In this document: one piece after another, positions 10,887 through 19,399 of the stretch | Position numbering within the stretch: the first letter of the stretch is position 1 | Layout of the letters: each line of letters opens with the position of its first letter | IMG/VR virus record: IMGVR_UViG_3300030109_004637 | Span: 1-62,021 of that record | Source: a virus | Lineage: Duplodnaviria; Caudoviricetes | Reading direction: 5' to 3' (one strand) | Length of the DNA: 62,021 nucleotides | Translations under genes and position numbers: made by a program | The notes under the pieces: generated by a model | The model's input: the letters and a program-made list of their open reading frames with translations, nothing else | The model's database searches: none | What the model was told of the DNA's origin: nothing

Positions 10887-12032
10887 TTAATGTTTAATTC
10901 TTTTAGATTTATTTCTCATTACCTGAGCAATTTCCTCAGATTTAAGATTTGATAATCTTAATTTAGCAACTCTTTTAGCAGCAAAACTTTCTTTTTTTAA
11001 TCTATTAACTAGATATTGTGGAGTATTTAATTTTGTAGACAATATGGCATAAGCTAAATATTTATACATAGCTTCTTCAGCAAACTTATGAACAACCATT
11101 TCAGAGTCTGTACCTAAACTGTCGCTAATATATTTTATAACTACAGTTTTACCACTTATGCTTGAGTTAAAGTGTATATTGCCTCTAAGTTCATCTATAT
11201 AATAATTACCATTTATTTGTGCTCTTTCAGGAGTTAATCCATATCTACCACCTATTTGATGTTCATATAAATTATCTAAATGTGAATCTGAATTTACATC
11301 TATTCTATTTGCTGTGTTTGATTTAAAACTAGACCAAGAAGTTGAATCATTTTTTTCTAACAAAGCTCCTGTATCGTTATCAAACAATAAATTATCATTA
11401 GAATCTTGAAGAATAGATCTAGGATTACCACTTGATCTAGTTGGATATAAATTTCTTTCTATACCAGTGCTAGGTTCAATCCAACATATTTTTACATAAT
11501 TTACATAATCTTGAGGAAGAGGTACTACTAGTGTTGTTGGTACTTTTATTTCAAAAGATTTAGTAGATTTAAATGTGTCGTAACTAAATTCTTGCAATGC
11601 TCTTTGAGCATGAAACGCAACATCTGGCCTTCTTACTCTATTTATTATTTTTTCAGCGCCTACGTAAGCTATGATAAAATTACTTATAATATCATCTAAA
11701 CTAACATGTTGATAATTTCCATAAGCTTGACCTGAAGTATTTTCCCTTACTAATATTGTTAAGCCATTTTTTGGTGCACCATCTGACTCTTGTACATCTG
11801 TATTTACATTTGTACTGGTAAATCTTAATTGAGCAGCTCCTGAAATACCATAATCGTAATTTGAACTTGATATTTGTATATTATTAATAAATACATCAAA
11901 TTCATTTTCTATATCTGGTTGAATTTCAAAAGATGTTGTAAATAATGTAAAAATTAATGTACTACCATTTCCTGTAAATGTTTGACTTTGTCCGTAATAT
12001 CTTTTTTCAGATGTTGTTCCTAATAATCCCAT
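10887..12032 (-). CDS. Tail ring/adaptor protein
   Basis: 381 aa; LPQDYVNYVKI motif; located between capsid and tail genes. Confidence 0.6.
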   Translation of the reverse strand: MGLLGTTSEKRYYGQSQTFTGNGSTLIFTLFTTSFEIQPDIENEFDVFINNIQISSSNYDYGISGAAQLRFTSTNVNTDVQESDGAPKNGLTILVRENTSGQAYGNYQHVSLDDIISNFIIAYVGAEKIINRVRRPDVAFHAQRALQEFSYDTFKSTKSFEIKVPTTLVVPLPQDYVNYVKICWIEPSTGIERNLYPTRSSGNPRSILQDSNDNLLFDNDTGALLEKNDSTSWSSFKSNTANRIDVNSDSHLDNLYEHQIGGRYGLTPERAQINGNYYIDELRGNIHFNSSISGKTVVIKYISDSLGTDSEMVVHKFAEEAMYKYLAYAILSTKLNTPQYLVNRLKKESFAAKRVAKLRLSNLKSEEIAQVMRNKSKRIKH

Positions 12033-12035
12033 TTA

Positions 12036-12944
12036 CTAAGCTTTTTCTTGTTGTAATTTTTTTATTTCTTGTTGACTAGCTGCTTGATATAACTGAGAAT
12101 CTTCTATTGATATACCAGCAAGCTCTAATATTTTTAATACGAGTTCAGTTTCTTCTGATTCATGTAATTCAAAATCTATAGAATTTGTAGAATTAAATAA
12201 AGCTTCTCCATTTACCAAAATGTAATCAAAAGAAGCTTTTGTTGGTTTATCTACATAATTACATTTTATAGTTGGTGTAAAAGTTAATGTCACACCGTCC
12301 GAAATACTTTGAGCAGAAGATAAAACTAAATTGTTTTGATTAATTATTTTAGATACAGTAACTGTACTAGATATACCAGAACCAGTAACTACATCATTAG
12401 CGTTAATAGTTCCTGAATTATTATCAATAACTAAATTAACACTTGAACTTATAGTTCCATTTACACTAGCAGTAGCTAAAGCTAATGAAGAAGGATATAC
12501 TTTTATTGTTGTTTTATTTTGTCTAGTATAATAAGGTCTATTAATTGTAGCTCTTGTTAGTGAAGATTTTTCCAAATCTAAAACATCATTTTGAGAAACT
12601 TTATCTAATTCAATAGGATATGTTTTATCAGTATACATAACAGTACCTAACCTGTACACATCAGTAGGTAATGTACCTATGCCAGAAGCATCTAAAGTAA
12701 TAGCTTGCTGATATTTTTCAAATATAGCTATTTTTTCACTTAGTAAATTCAGCATATTAGAATATTCTGTATCGTTACTAGGCGCTCTGCTAAATTGATT
12801 TACATCATAAAAATATTGTTCAAATATATCTAATTGAGCTTGATTTGCAAATAAGTTAAATTCAAGAGGTGTTATATAACCTCTTTGCTCTTTATTGGCT
12901 ATTGCCAAAACTCTTTGATATACTGTATCTACACTTACTGCCAT
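12036..12944 (-). CDS. Tail ring/adaptor protein with one inserted beta-domain
   Basis: 302 aa; ANKEQRGYITPLEFNLFANQAQ and DFELHESEE motifs; insert resembles the repeats in the 2930 aa protein. Confidence 0.6.
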   Translation of the reverse strand: MAVSVDTVYQRVLAIANKEQRGYITPLEFNLFANQAQLDIFEQYFYDVNQFSRAPSNDTEYSNMLNLLSEKIAIFEKYQQAITLDASGIGTLPTDVYRLGTVMYTDKTYPIELDKVSQNDVLDLEKSSLTRATINRPYYTRQNKTTIKVYPSSLALATASVNGTISSSVNLVIDNNSGTINANDVVTGSGISSTVTVSKIINQNNLVLSSAQSISDGVTLTFTPTIKCNYVDKPTKASFDYILVNGEALFNSTNSIDFELHESEETELVLKILELAGISIEDSQLYQAASQQEIKKLQQEKA

Positions 12945-12958
12945 AATTATTTTTTTAA

Positions 12959-12998
12959 AATAATAGTGTGACTACAAACATATAATCACACTATTATT
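12959..12998 (-). terminator. Stem-loop (AATAATAGTGTGA...TCACACTATTATT)
   Basis: 13 bp inverted repeat in an intergenic gap; overlaps the putative late promoter. Confidence 0.5.
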
Positions 12999-13009
12999 AA
13001 ATCTTTTAC
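12981..13009 (-). promoter_or_regulatory. Putative late promoter GTAAA-N13-GTGTGATTATA
   Basis: Matches the motif at 1699-1727. Confidence 0.55.
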
Positions 13010-13839
13010 TTTAATTGTTTTTCAATATTTGAATATATCTCCATACCCTCGTCAGTTTTAAACCAAGATGCTAATGCAGAATATGGATGCTCATCAAAAG
13101 GAACATTCATTAATTTTCTATCATTAGAACCCCAACTAAAAGTACGTTGATCTTGAGAAAGTTTTATAATACCAAGTTCAGTAGCTTTTATACCCATATT
13201 TCTAAGTTGAACATTTGGATCATTAACAAGATCTATAAACAATTGAGAATTATTCTTAGCATATATAAGTAAATCTCTTTTAAGTTCCTTAGAACTCATC
13301 TCTGATACCTTAGAACCAATTTCTACCCTCATTACAGCCTCTGCCATTTCAATATCAAGATTTTTAGCAATATTAAGTGCTTCTATTTGAGTTTCTATAA
13401 TCTCAACTTCATCAGCAGCTACAACGCTAGGCTTGTATTCATAGAATATTTTATCTCTTTGTGGATGATATAAAGAAAGTAATTTTTGAAGAACTGTTTT
13501 ATTTTTAGGTACATTTAAAACACCTTGTCTAAAAATAATATGCTCTAATCTTTGTTCACCTTTCATTTCATCAACAAAGCAAGTTCTTTGATTAGATGTA
13601 TATTTTAACTCTCTTTCGTAACCTTGTTCTTCATCAAACCAATAAATATTACAACCTTTTATTAGTTTACTTAATGGTTTGTCATTTCCTTTTAGTAGAT
13701 AAAATCGATCTTTTATCTCCCAATCATTTTTTGATTTTTGTTGAACTTTCTTTGGTTTTTCTAAAACCTCAATAGTATCCATTACTATTTCTTCCTGAGG
13801 TTGTTTAACCTCAACTTTTTTTGTTGCTTTTTTAGCCAT
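13006..13839 (-). CDS. Hypothetical protein downstream of major capsid gene
   Basis: 277 aa ORF with normal codon usage. Confidence 0.6.
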   Translation of the reverse strand: MAKKATKKVEVKQPQEEIVMDTIEVLEKPKKVQQKSKNDWEIKDRFYLLKGNDKPLSKLIKGCNIYWFDEEQGYERELKYTSNQRTCFVDEMKGEQRLEHIIFRQGVLNVPKNKTVLQKLLSLYHPQRDKIFYEYKPSVVAADEVEIIETQIEALNIAKNLDIEMAEAVMRVEIGSKVSEMSSKELKRDLLIYAKNNSQLFIDLVNDPNVQLRNMGIKATELGIIKLSQDQRTFSWGSNDRKLMNVPFDEHPYSALASWFKTDEGMEIYSNIEKQLK

Positions 13840-13872
13840 GATATAATATAATATAAGTTAATAAAAAAAAAT

Positions 13873-13914
13873 AAAAGAAGAGTAGAGAGTTATAAAACAA
13901 ACTACTCTTCTTTT
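13873..13914 (-). terminator. Intrinsic terminator after major capsid gene
   Basis: AAAAGAAGAGTAG...CTACTCTTCTTTT inverted repeat with a T-tract on the minus strand. Confidence 0.75.
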
Positions 13915-13924
13915 TTAAAAATAA

Positions 13925-15361
13925 TTAGTTTAATAAACAGAAATTGTTAGCACCTTGAACGACCATACATCTTTCAGAAAGAAAGTTGACAGTCATTGCA
14001 TCTAAATCCGATGTAACAGCCCCAACAGAACCTGTAATCCAAGTTTTGTTTTTTCTGCTTTCTAGATTAGAAGCTCGATACCTAACATGCAAAAATGGTC
14101 TTTTAATATTTTGACCTAAAGACTGATCATAAACAGAAGATACACCAGCTGGTATAACAACGCCTCTGACAGCTTCTCCACCAGTTGCAGCAGCATTAAT
14201 ACCACCTCTAGTAGATTTATCGTTTAAGTATTTCCAATCAGACTTATAAAAGTCATAAGAACCTCTTCTAAATCCTGAAAATCCTAAATTTAAAGCCATA
14301 TCTTCACTGTTGCTAAATACTCCATAAGAAGTACCTCCAGATCCATATGAATTCATTGAAGCAAGCATATCATCAATAGCAAGAGATGTAGCTCTATTTA
14401 CATACATTAAGTTTTCTTCAATAGCACCATTTTCATCAAAAGCAGCTAGTAAAGCATCAAATTCAGATAAATCAGTAGCAGCATTTACTCCACTAATACC
14501 AGAAGACTGATGACCACGAGTAGTGATAGCTTTAAACAAACCTTCAGTACCGGCTAAACCAGCTCCAGCATCTCCACCACCTGTGTCAATAACAGAGTTA
14601 GCTGCAGTTTTTTCAGCTTCAATACAGGTCATTTCTAAGTAGTCATTAAATCTAGCTCTAGTATCACCTTCAGCTTTCAAATACCACATATAACCATTTT
14701 GTCCTTCTTCGCCACTTACTTCAACCCAACCAATTTGAGCTGCATCAGATCCTGAAACCTCATACATATCTTTAATTATAATTGGCTTGTTAACGTGTGA
14801 TACAAAAACAGGCTCATTTGATCTAGTTTGATTTTCAGTTCCTTTACCAAATTCAGAACCAAAAACTAAAAGTTTACATGTGTCATCTCCATCAACAAAG
14901 CCAGCATTATCTAAATGTTCTACCGCATAGGGTTGTAAAGTAACATCATCATCACCAGCTGCAGCAACAGATACACGAGCAGTGATAGTTTGTCCACCAC
15001 CAGCAAATAATACCATATCACCAACTCGAACTCCATGATCAGTAGTTTGAGCTACACCATCAATAGTTTTAGCTATTTTAATTGTACTACTAGCAGCTGC
15101 TGTTATTGTACACTCATAAGATAAATGTAATCTGCCTTGCTCTGACCAAATAACTTGATCAGCTGACATAGGCTCTTCAGCACTAACTTGAGATAAAAAA
15201 CCTGAAATAGTTCTTTTACCATATACCTCAGCTTCTTGTTCAATCAACTCAGGTAAATACTGTTGTGCCCATCCGTTATTTTGGATGTCTAAATAATTAT
15301 CCGCACCAATACTTTGTTGTACATTGGCTTTTGCGGTAATCGTTGGACTTGTAATTGCCAT
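13925..15361 (-). CDS. Major capsid protein
   Basis: 478 aa; WAQQYLPE, WSEQGRLH, GFRRGSYDFYK and RPFLHVRYR motifs; follows an acidic scaffold gene and has a strong terminator. Confidence 0.85.
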   Translation of the reverse strand: MAITSPTITAKANVQQSIGADNYLDIQNNGWAQQYLPELIEQEAEVYGKRTISGFLSQVSAEEPMSADQVIWSEQGRLHLSYECTITAAASSTIKIAKTIDGVAQTTDHGVRVGDMVLFAGGGQTITARVSVAAAGDDDVTLQPYAVEHLDNAGFVDGDDTCKLLVFGSEFGKGTENQTRSNEPVFVSHVNKPIIIKDMYEVSGSDAAQIGWVEVSGEEGQNGYMWYLKAEGDTRARFNDYLEMTCIEAEKTAANSVIDTGGGDAGAGLAGTEGLFKAITTRGHQSSGISGVNAATDLSEFDALLAAFDENGAIEENLMYVNRATSLAIDDMLASMNSYGSGGTSYGVFSNSEDMALNLGFSGFRRGSYDFYKSDWKYLNDKSTRGGINAAATGGEAVRGVVIPAGVSSVYDQSLGQNIKRPFLHVRYRASNLESRKNKTWITGSVGAVTSDLDAMTVNFLSERCMVVQGANNFCLLN

Positions 15362-15390
15362 AATTTTATATTTTTAATTGTTTTTTAAAT

Positions 15391-16656
15391 TTATTTATTG
15401 TTTTTAAGTTTAAATTTAAAACTAGCAGAATCATCACCCAATACTTTAACTTTTAAACCTCCAGTATCAATATCAGTATGAGATGATCTAGAGTCCATGT
15501 TTATGTTTTTAGATTTAGAAACACTATCCTTGATAGCATCAGCTTTACCTTGCTCATAAAAATGTTTAGCTATAGCATCAGAGTTCATTGCTGTAAATAA
15601 AGATTTATGATAACCCTTAGCATCTGACATTTCATTATTTTCATTTAGAAACTTTCTAATAAAATTATTAATGTCGCTTTGAGTATTTTTTACTTTATCA
15701 GCTTCTTTAACATTAAATCTATATCTTTTATCTCCAACATTATATTCAAAACCTTTGAACGTGTTAGAAAAAACTTCATTAGTTTTTTTATCAAATAAAG
15801 ATTTTTGTTTTTCTGCTAATTTTTGAGACTTTTCAGTCTCTTTGTTATAACGATTAAAAAAATCAATAGCTTTTTGTTGCTCAGGTGCTAACTTAGAACC
15901 CATCTTGATTTCTTCATAGTATCTAGACTTTTGCCCGTCTAGATGGCTTCTAGCATTGGCAACTTGCTCTTTAAATGCTAGTTTTTTTCTTTTAATATCT
16001 CTTTCATCATCAACATCTTCGTCATAAAGAAAATTATCTTCAATTAGAAAATTTATTTCATCGCTTGATAAATGAGGTTTTGTTTGTTTATAGTAATCTA
16101 ATAATAATGAATTATCATCAATCTTACTGTAATCTTGATTTAGTCTAACATAATCTTCTAGACTTCCTCCAGTTTCTTCCATAAATTCAACTACCTTTTG
16201 TATGTTTTCAGGTAATTTAACTCCAGTTTCTTTTTGTTCTTCTACAGCTTCTTTAACTTCTTCAGTTAACTCTTCTGTTTTTTCTTGAACTTGTTTTTCT
16301 TCCTCGTCTTTTATTTCTTCAAGTACAGGTTGTTCTTCTACCTTTTCTTCTTCTTTTTGTTCGGTAAGTTTTTCATTTGTTTCTTGCTTGTTTTCTTCAA
16401 GAACCTCTTTGCTAGCTTCGGGTTCGTCGCGAACAGAAACCTCATCTGTGCTTTGCTCTTCAACGGCATCTTCTTCTTTTTTTACTGGTGGTTTTGATAA
16501 GTCAATTTTTATAACATTATCATCTGATTGTTTTTTTAATGAAGGTCTACCCCTCTTTTTTTTAACTTGTACTTTTTCTTCAACAGGTTTTTCCTGTGTA
16601 GTAGTAGTAGACTCGTTTTTATCCACCACTACTTCTTCTATTGTTTTTTCTTCCAT
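15391..16656 (-). CDS. Capsid scaffolding protein
   Basis: 421 aa, very Glu-rich N-half, helical C-half, directly upstream of the capsid gene. Confidence 0.7.
   Translation of the reverse strand: MEEKTIEEVVVDKNESTTTTQEKPVEEKVQVKKKRGRPSLKKQSDDNVIKIDLSKPPVKKEEDAVEEQSTDEVSVRDEPEASKEVLEENKQETNEKLTEQKEEEKVEEQPVLEEIKDEEEKQVQEKTEELTEEVKEAVEEQKETGVKLPENIQKVVEFMEETGGSLEDYVRLNQDYSKIDDNSLLLDYYKQTKPHLSSDEINFLIEDNFLYDEDVDDERDIKRKKLAFKEQVANARSHLDGQKSRYYEEIKMGSKLAPEQQKAIDFFNRYNKETEKSQKLAEKQKSLFDKKTNEVFSNTFKGFEYNVGDKRYRFNVKEADKVKNTQSDINNFIRKFLNENNEMSDAKGYHKSLFTAMNSDAIAKHFYEQGKADAIKDSVSKSKNINMDSRSSHTDIDTGGLKVKVLGDDSASFKFKLKNNK
16338..16469 (-). CDS. Overprinted 43 aa basic peptide MPLKSKAQMRFLFATNPKLAKRFLKKTSKKQMKNLPNKKKKKR in the +1 frame of the scaffold gene
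   Basis: ATG at 16469, TAG at 16338-16340; coincides with a GC/CpG-rich patch in the scaffold gene; not in the ORF track. Confidence 0.65.
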   Translation of the reverse strand: MPLKSKAQMRFLFATNPKLAKRFLKKTSKKQMKNLPNKKKKKR

Positions 16657-16690
16657 GATATAATATAATATAAATTAAAAAATTGTTTTA

Positions 16691-18391
16691 TTATCCTTCT
16701 AGAGTTTCTATTCTAGATTTAAGATCCTCTATAATAACTTGTTGCTCTTGGATTGCTTTGACTAATCCTACATAAATTGCATTTTTTTCTAAACCAAATC
16801 TTTGATCACCGTCATAATCAAATTCCGATACTGATTCGGGAATTATCTCTTTTACCTCTTGAGCAATAAAACCAAATTGTTTCTTTGAGTTTTTATCTCC
16901 GTTTAACCAATTAAATTTTATTGATCTTAATTTTAATATTTCAGATAATCCGTAATCAATATTTTCAATGTTTGTTTTTAATCTTGAATCTGATGGATCA
17001 CTATTTGTTAAAATTCCTGCTCCTGTCGAAAAAACATCACCACTTCCTAAATCATTTACTTTTACAGATGTTGAATACATTTGCCCTGTAATATTAACAC
17101 CGGTTGCTACAATACTTGCAGTATTTGTAGCACCAGCTGTAAATATCATCTCATTATCGGAGCCATGAACATAAGTTATTCCACCTACATCAGCGTCAGC
17201 CGCATCTCCAAATTTAATAGCACATTGACCACTTCCCATAATACTCATACCCACTGAAGCCACACCGGGATCAATAATAAAATCGTCTGCTACTGATTCT
17301 GGAGATACTGTAGTAGCAGTCCCAGTTTTAAGTGTACCATTTGCTGTTAATGTACCTGAAAAAGTTGAATCATTACCAGCTATGTTAAGTGATGATACTT
17401 GACCACCATTAGCTAATGTCATTATTTCTAACTTAGTGTCTTCAGCGCCAGCAGAAGCATCAGTCATGATACCTCTTATTAAAACAGATTCTTTAACTGT
17501 ATTACCATTATTATCTCCATAAAAGTAAATTCTACCACTTTCATGATTATTTGCACCAGTGTCTGTATTTTGCAGAGCTAAAGTTCCACCACTTGTACTA
17601 TCAGCATCATCTTGTATGGTTACTGTAGCTCCTGTATCAGTAGTTGTTATATTACCTGCAAAAGTTGCATTGGCAGAAGCATCAAAACCTAAAGCTGTAG
17701 TATCAGGCGCTCCATCAGATGCACTTAACCGAAGTTGAAAAGTTCCTTGCGTTGTAGCATCAGCACCATAACATCTGATTTCTGAAGTTGCATTATCTTC
17801 TTGAGAAATTTTAATAGAACTCGCTGTGTGTGATAAATTTGCTCCTGTAGAAACAAATCTTGAAGCATTAACAATACCTGAAAAAGTTGCATTTTGACTA
17901 GAATCTAAAGTTAATGCTAAATTACCACCACCTGTTGTAAATTTAAGAGCACCACTTTCAGATCTCATTATAAAATCAGTATTAGCTGCACCACTTAATA
18001 AAGAAGTACCATTACCTATATAACCTGCAACTGTACTAGTATTATAAGCAAACTCAGTGTAACCAGAAGTTGCATTTGTAGTAGCAAAAGTAGTAATATC
18101 AGAAGATGAAGATGTTATTGTTGAGGTTACATTACTTACAGTAAAATTACCATCTACAACAAATCCAACATTAGCTGCTGCTGCTGCTGTATCTACAGTT
18201 GTAATTGTAAAAGCTCCATTAGCGGCTGCGGCAAGAGTGATAGTGTCATTTGCAGATGGCGTAAACACCAAATTTGCTGCTGCATCATTACCAATATTTA
18301 ATCCATCCAAATGAGCTAAAGACCAAAATTTACTTGATGTTCCCAATTGACCTTCACTATCATCGTTGGGTACTATGTTCTTTGTTGCCAT
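16691..18391 (-). CDS. Tail fibre/spike with C-terminal intramolecular chaperone (peptidase S74-like)
   Basis: Ala/Thr/Gly beta-rich repeats; SDSRLKTNI...GFIAQEV...coiled-coil C-terminus. Confidence 0.85.
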   Translation of the reverse strand: MATKNIVPNDDSEGQLGTSSKFWSLAHLDGLNIGNDAAANLVFTPSANDTITLAAAANGAFTITTVDTAAAAANVGFVVDGNFTVSNVTSTITSSSSDITTFATTNATSGYTEFAYNTSTVAGYIGNGTSLLSGAANTDFIMRSESGALKFTTGGGNLALTLDSSQNATFSGIVNASRFVSTGANLSHTASSIKISQEDNATSEIRCYGADATTQGTFQLRLSASDGAPDTTALGFDASANATFAGNITTTDTGATVTIQDDADSTSGGTLALQNTDTGANNHESGRIYFYGDNNGNTVKESVLIRGIMTDASAGAEDTKLEIMTLANGGQVSSLNIAGNDSTFSGTLTANGTLKTGTATTVSPESVADDFIIDPGVASVGMSIMGSGQCAIKFGDAADADVGGITYVHGSDNEMIFTAGATNTASIVATGVNITGQMYSTSVKVNDLGSGDVFSTGAGILTNSDPSDSRLKTNIENIDYGLSEILKLRSIKFNWLNGDKNSKKQFGFIAQEVKEIIPESVSEFDYDGDQRFGLEKNAIYVGLVKAIQEQQVIIEDLKSRIETLEG

Positions 18392-18404
18392 GTTTTATTT
18401 TTTT

Positions 18405-18737
18405 TTATTCACTAATATATTTTCTAACAACAGTTGGTGTTGCTTTTTCTTGTATTACTTCTTCAATTACACTTTTATAGTGATTTATTTGATCTGTACC
18501 AAGAGAAGTTTGAACCCAACCAGTTACATCAGATTCTTTTAAATCTGCAAACTCTGTAAAACTAGAAAGATCTGAGGTGTCTATTTCTGCAACACCAGTT
18601 GATGATGATAAGTTTTTTTCTTCCGTATCATCTACACCTGTTAGTTCCCAATATACTTTAAATATTACATCTGATTTACCACTTTTTGTTGGGTAGGTAT
18701 CTACAGATTTTGTGTCCCATGTATATGTTATTGCCAT
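18405..18737 (-). CDS. Tail-fibre-associated small protein
   Basis: 110 aa, MAITYTW...FADLKESDVTGWV; adjacent to the fibre gene. Confidence 0.55.
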   Translation of the reverse strand: MAITYTWDTKSVDTYPTKSGKSDVIFKVYWELTGVDDTEEKNLSSSTGVAEIDTSDLSSFTEFADLKESDVTGWVQTSLGTDQINHYKSVIEEVIQEKATPTVVRKYISE

Positions 18738-18764
18738 TGTTTTGTTATTTTATGTTTATATTTT

Positions 18765-19004
18765 TTATTTTGGTGTTAAATCTCCATTACCATCTACGTT
18801 CCAATAACCTTCTTCACCGGGTGAAACTGCAGGTGTTAGTTCTGTACTAGTTACATCCCATGAATCACTAAAGTCATAAGCAATACCATCTCTAGGTGTT
18901 AGCTCACCACCAACAACATCCCACACATAATCTTCTATTGCAGCAGCAGCAGATGCACCACTAGTTACGGAAGATAAATCTATGCTTAATCCTAACCCCG
19001 GCAT
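18765..19004 (-). CDS. Small protein with three W-(D/N)-V...LTP repeats
   Basis: WDVVGGELTP / WDVTSTELTP / WNVDGNGDLTP. Confidence 0.6.
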   Translation of the reverse strand: MPGLGLSIDLSSVTSGASAAAAIEDYVWDVVGGELTPRDGIAYDFSDSWDVTSTELTPAVSPGEEGYWNVDGNGDLTPK

Positions 19005-19372
19005 TAGTATCCTAAGTAAGCGATTACACCACCATCAGCATCAGCTGCTATTGTAAAAGTATCCCATCTACCAAATATCGTAAGACCTTTTGGAAATACA
19101 TTAGATGAATCTATAATTTTACCTCCAGAAGGACCCGGACTATCTCCAGCATTTGGTGTTGATGTACCACCAGCACCTACTTCTCCTGAAGCATTACCTA
19201 CACAAATACCAGCTTGACCATTAGTAGGTGAAAGTTCACTAAAAGTTGTATCTGCTAAAAATTGTATTGCAATTATTTTACGATCATCTGGTGGAACTAC
19301 TTGATCTGTATGATCAGTAAATATAGATCCATTTTGTCCAAAGTCATAACCTGTTCCGAAATGTATACTCAT
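19004..19372 (-). CDS. Putative structural protein
   Basis: 122 aa, FPKGLTIFGRW motif, downstream of the portal gene. Confidence 0.55.
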   Translation of the reverse strand: MSIHFGTGYDFGQNGSIFTDHTDQVVPPDDRKIIAIQFLADTTFSELSPTNGQAGICVGNASGEVGAGGTSTPNAGDSPGPSGGKIIDSSNVFPKGLTIFGRWDTFTIAADADGGVIAYLGY

Positions 19373-19399
19373 TTTGTTTTTGTTTTATTTATGTTTTAT

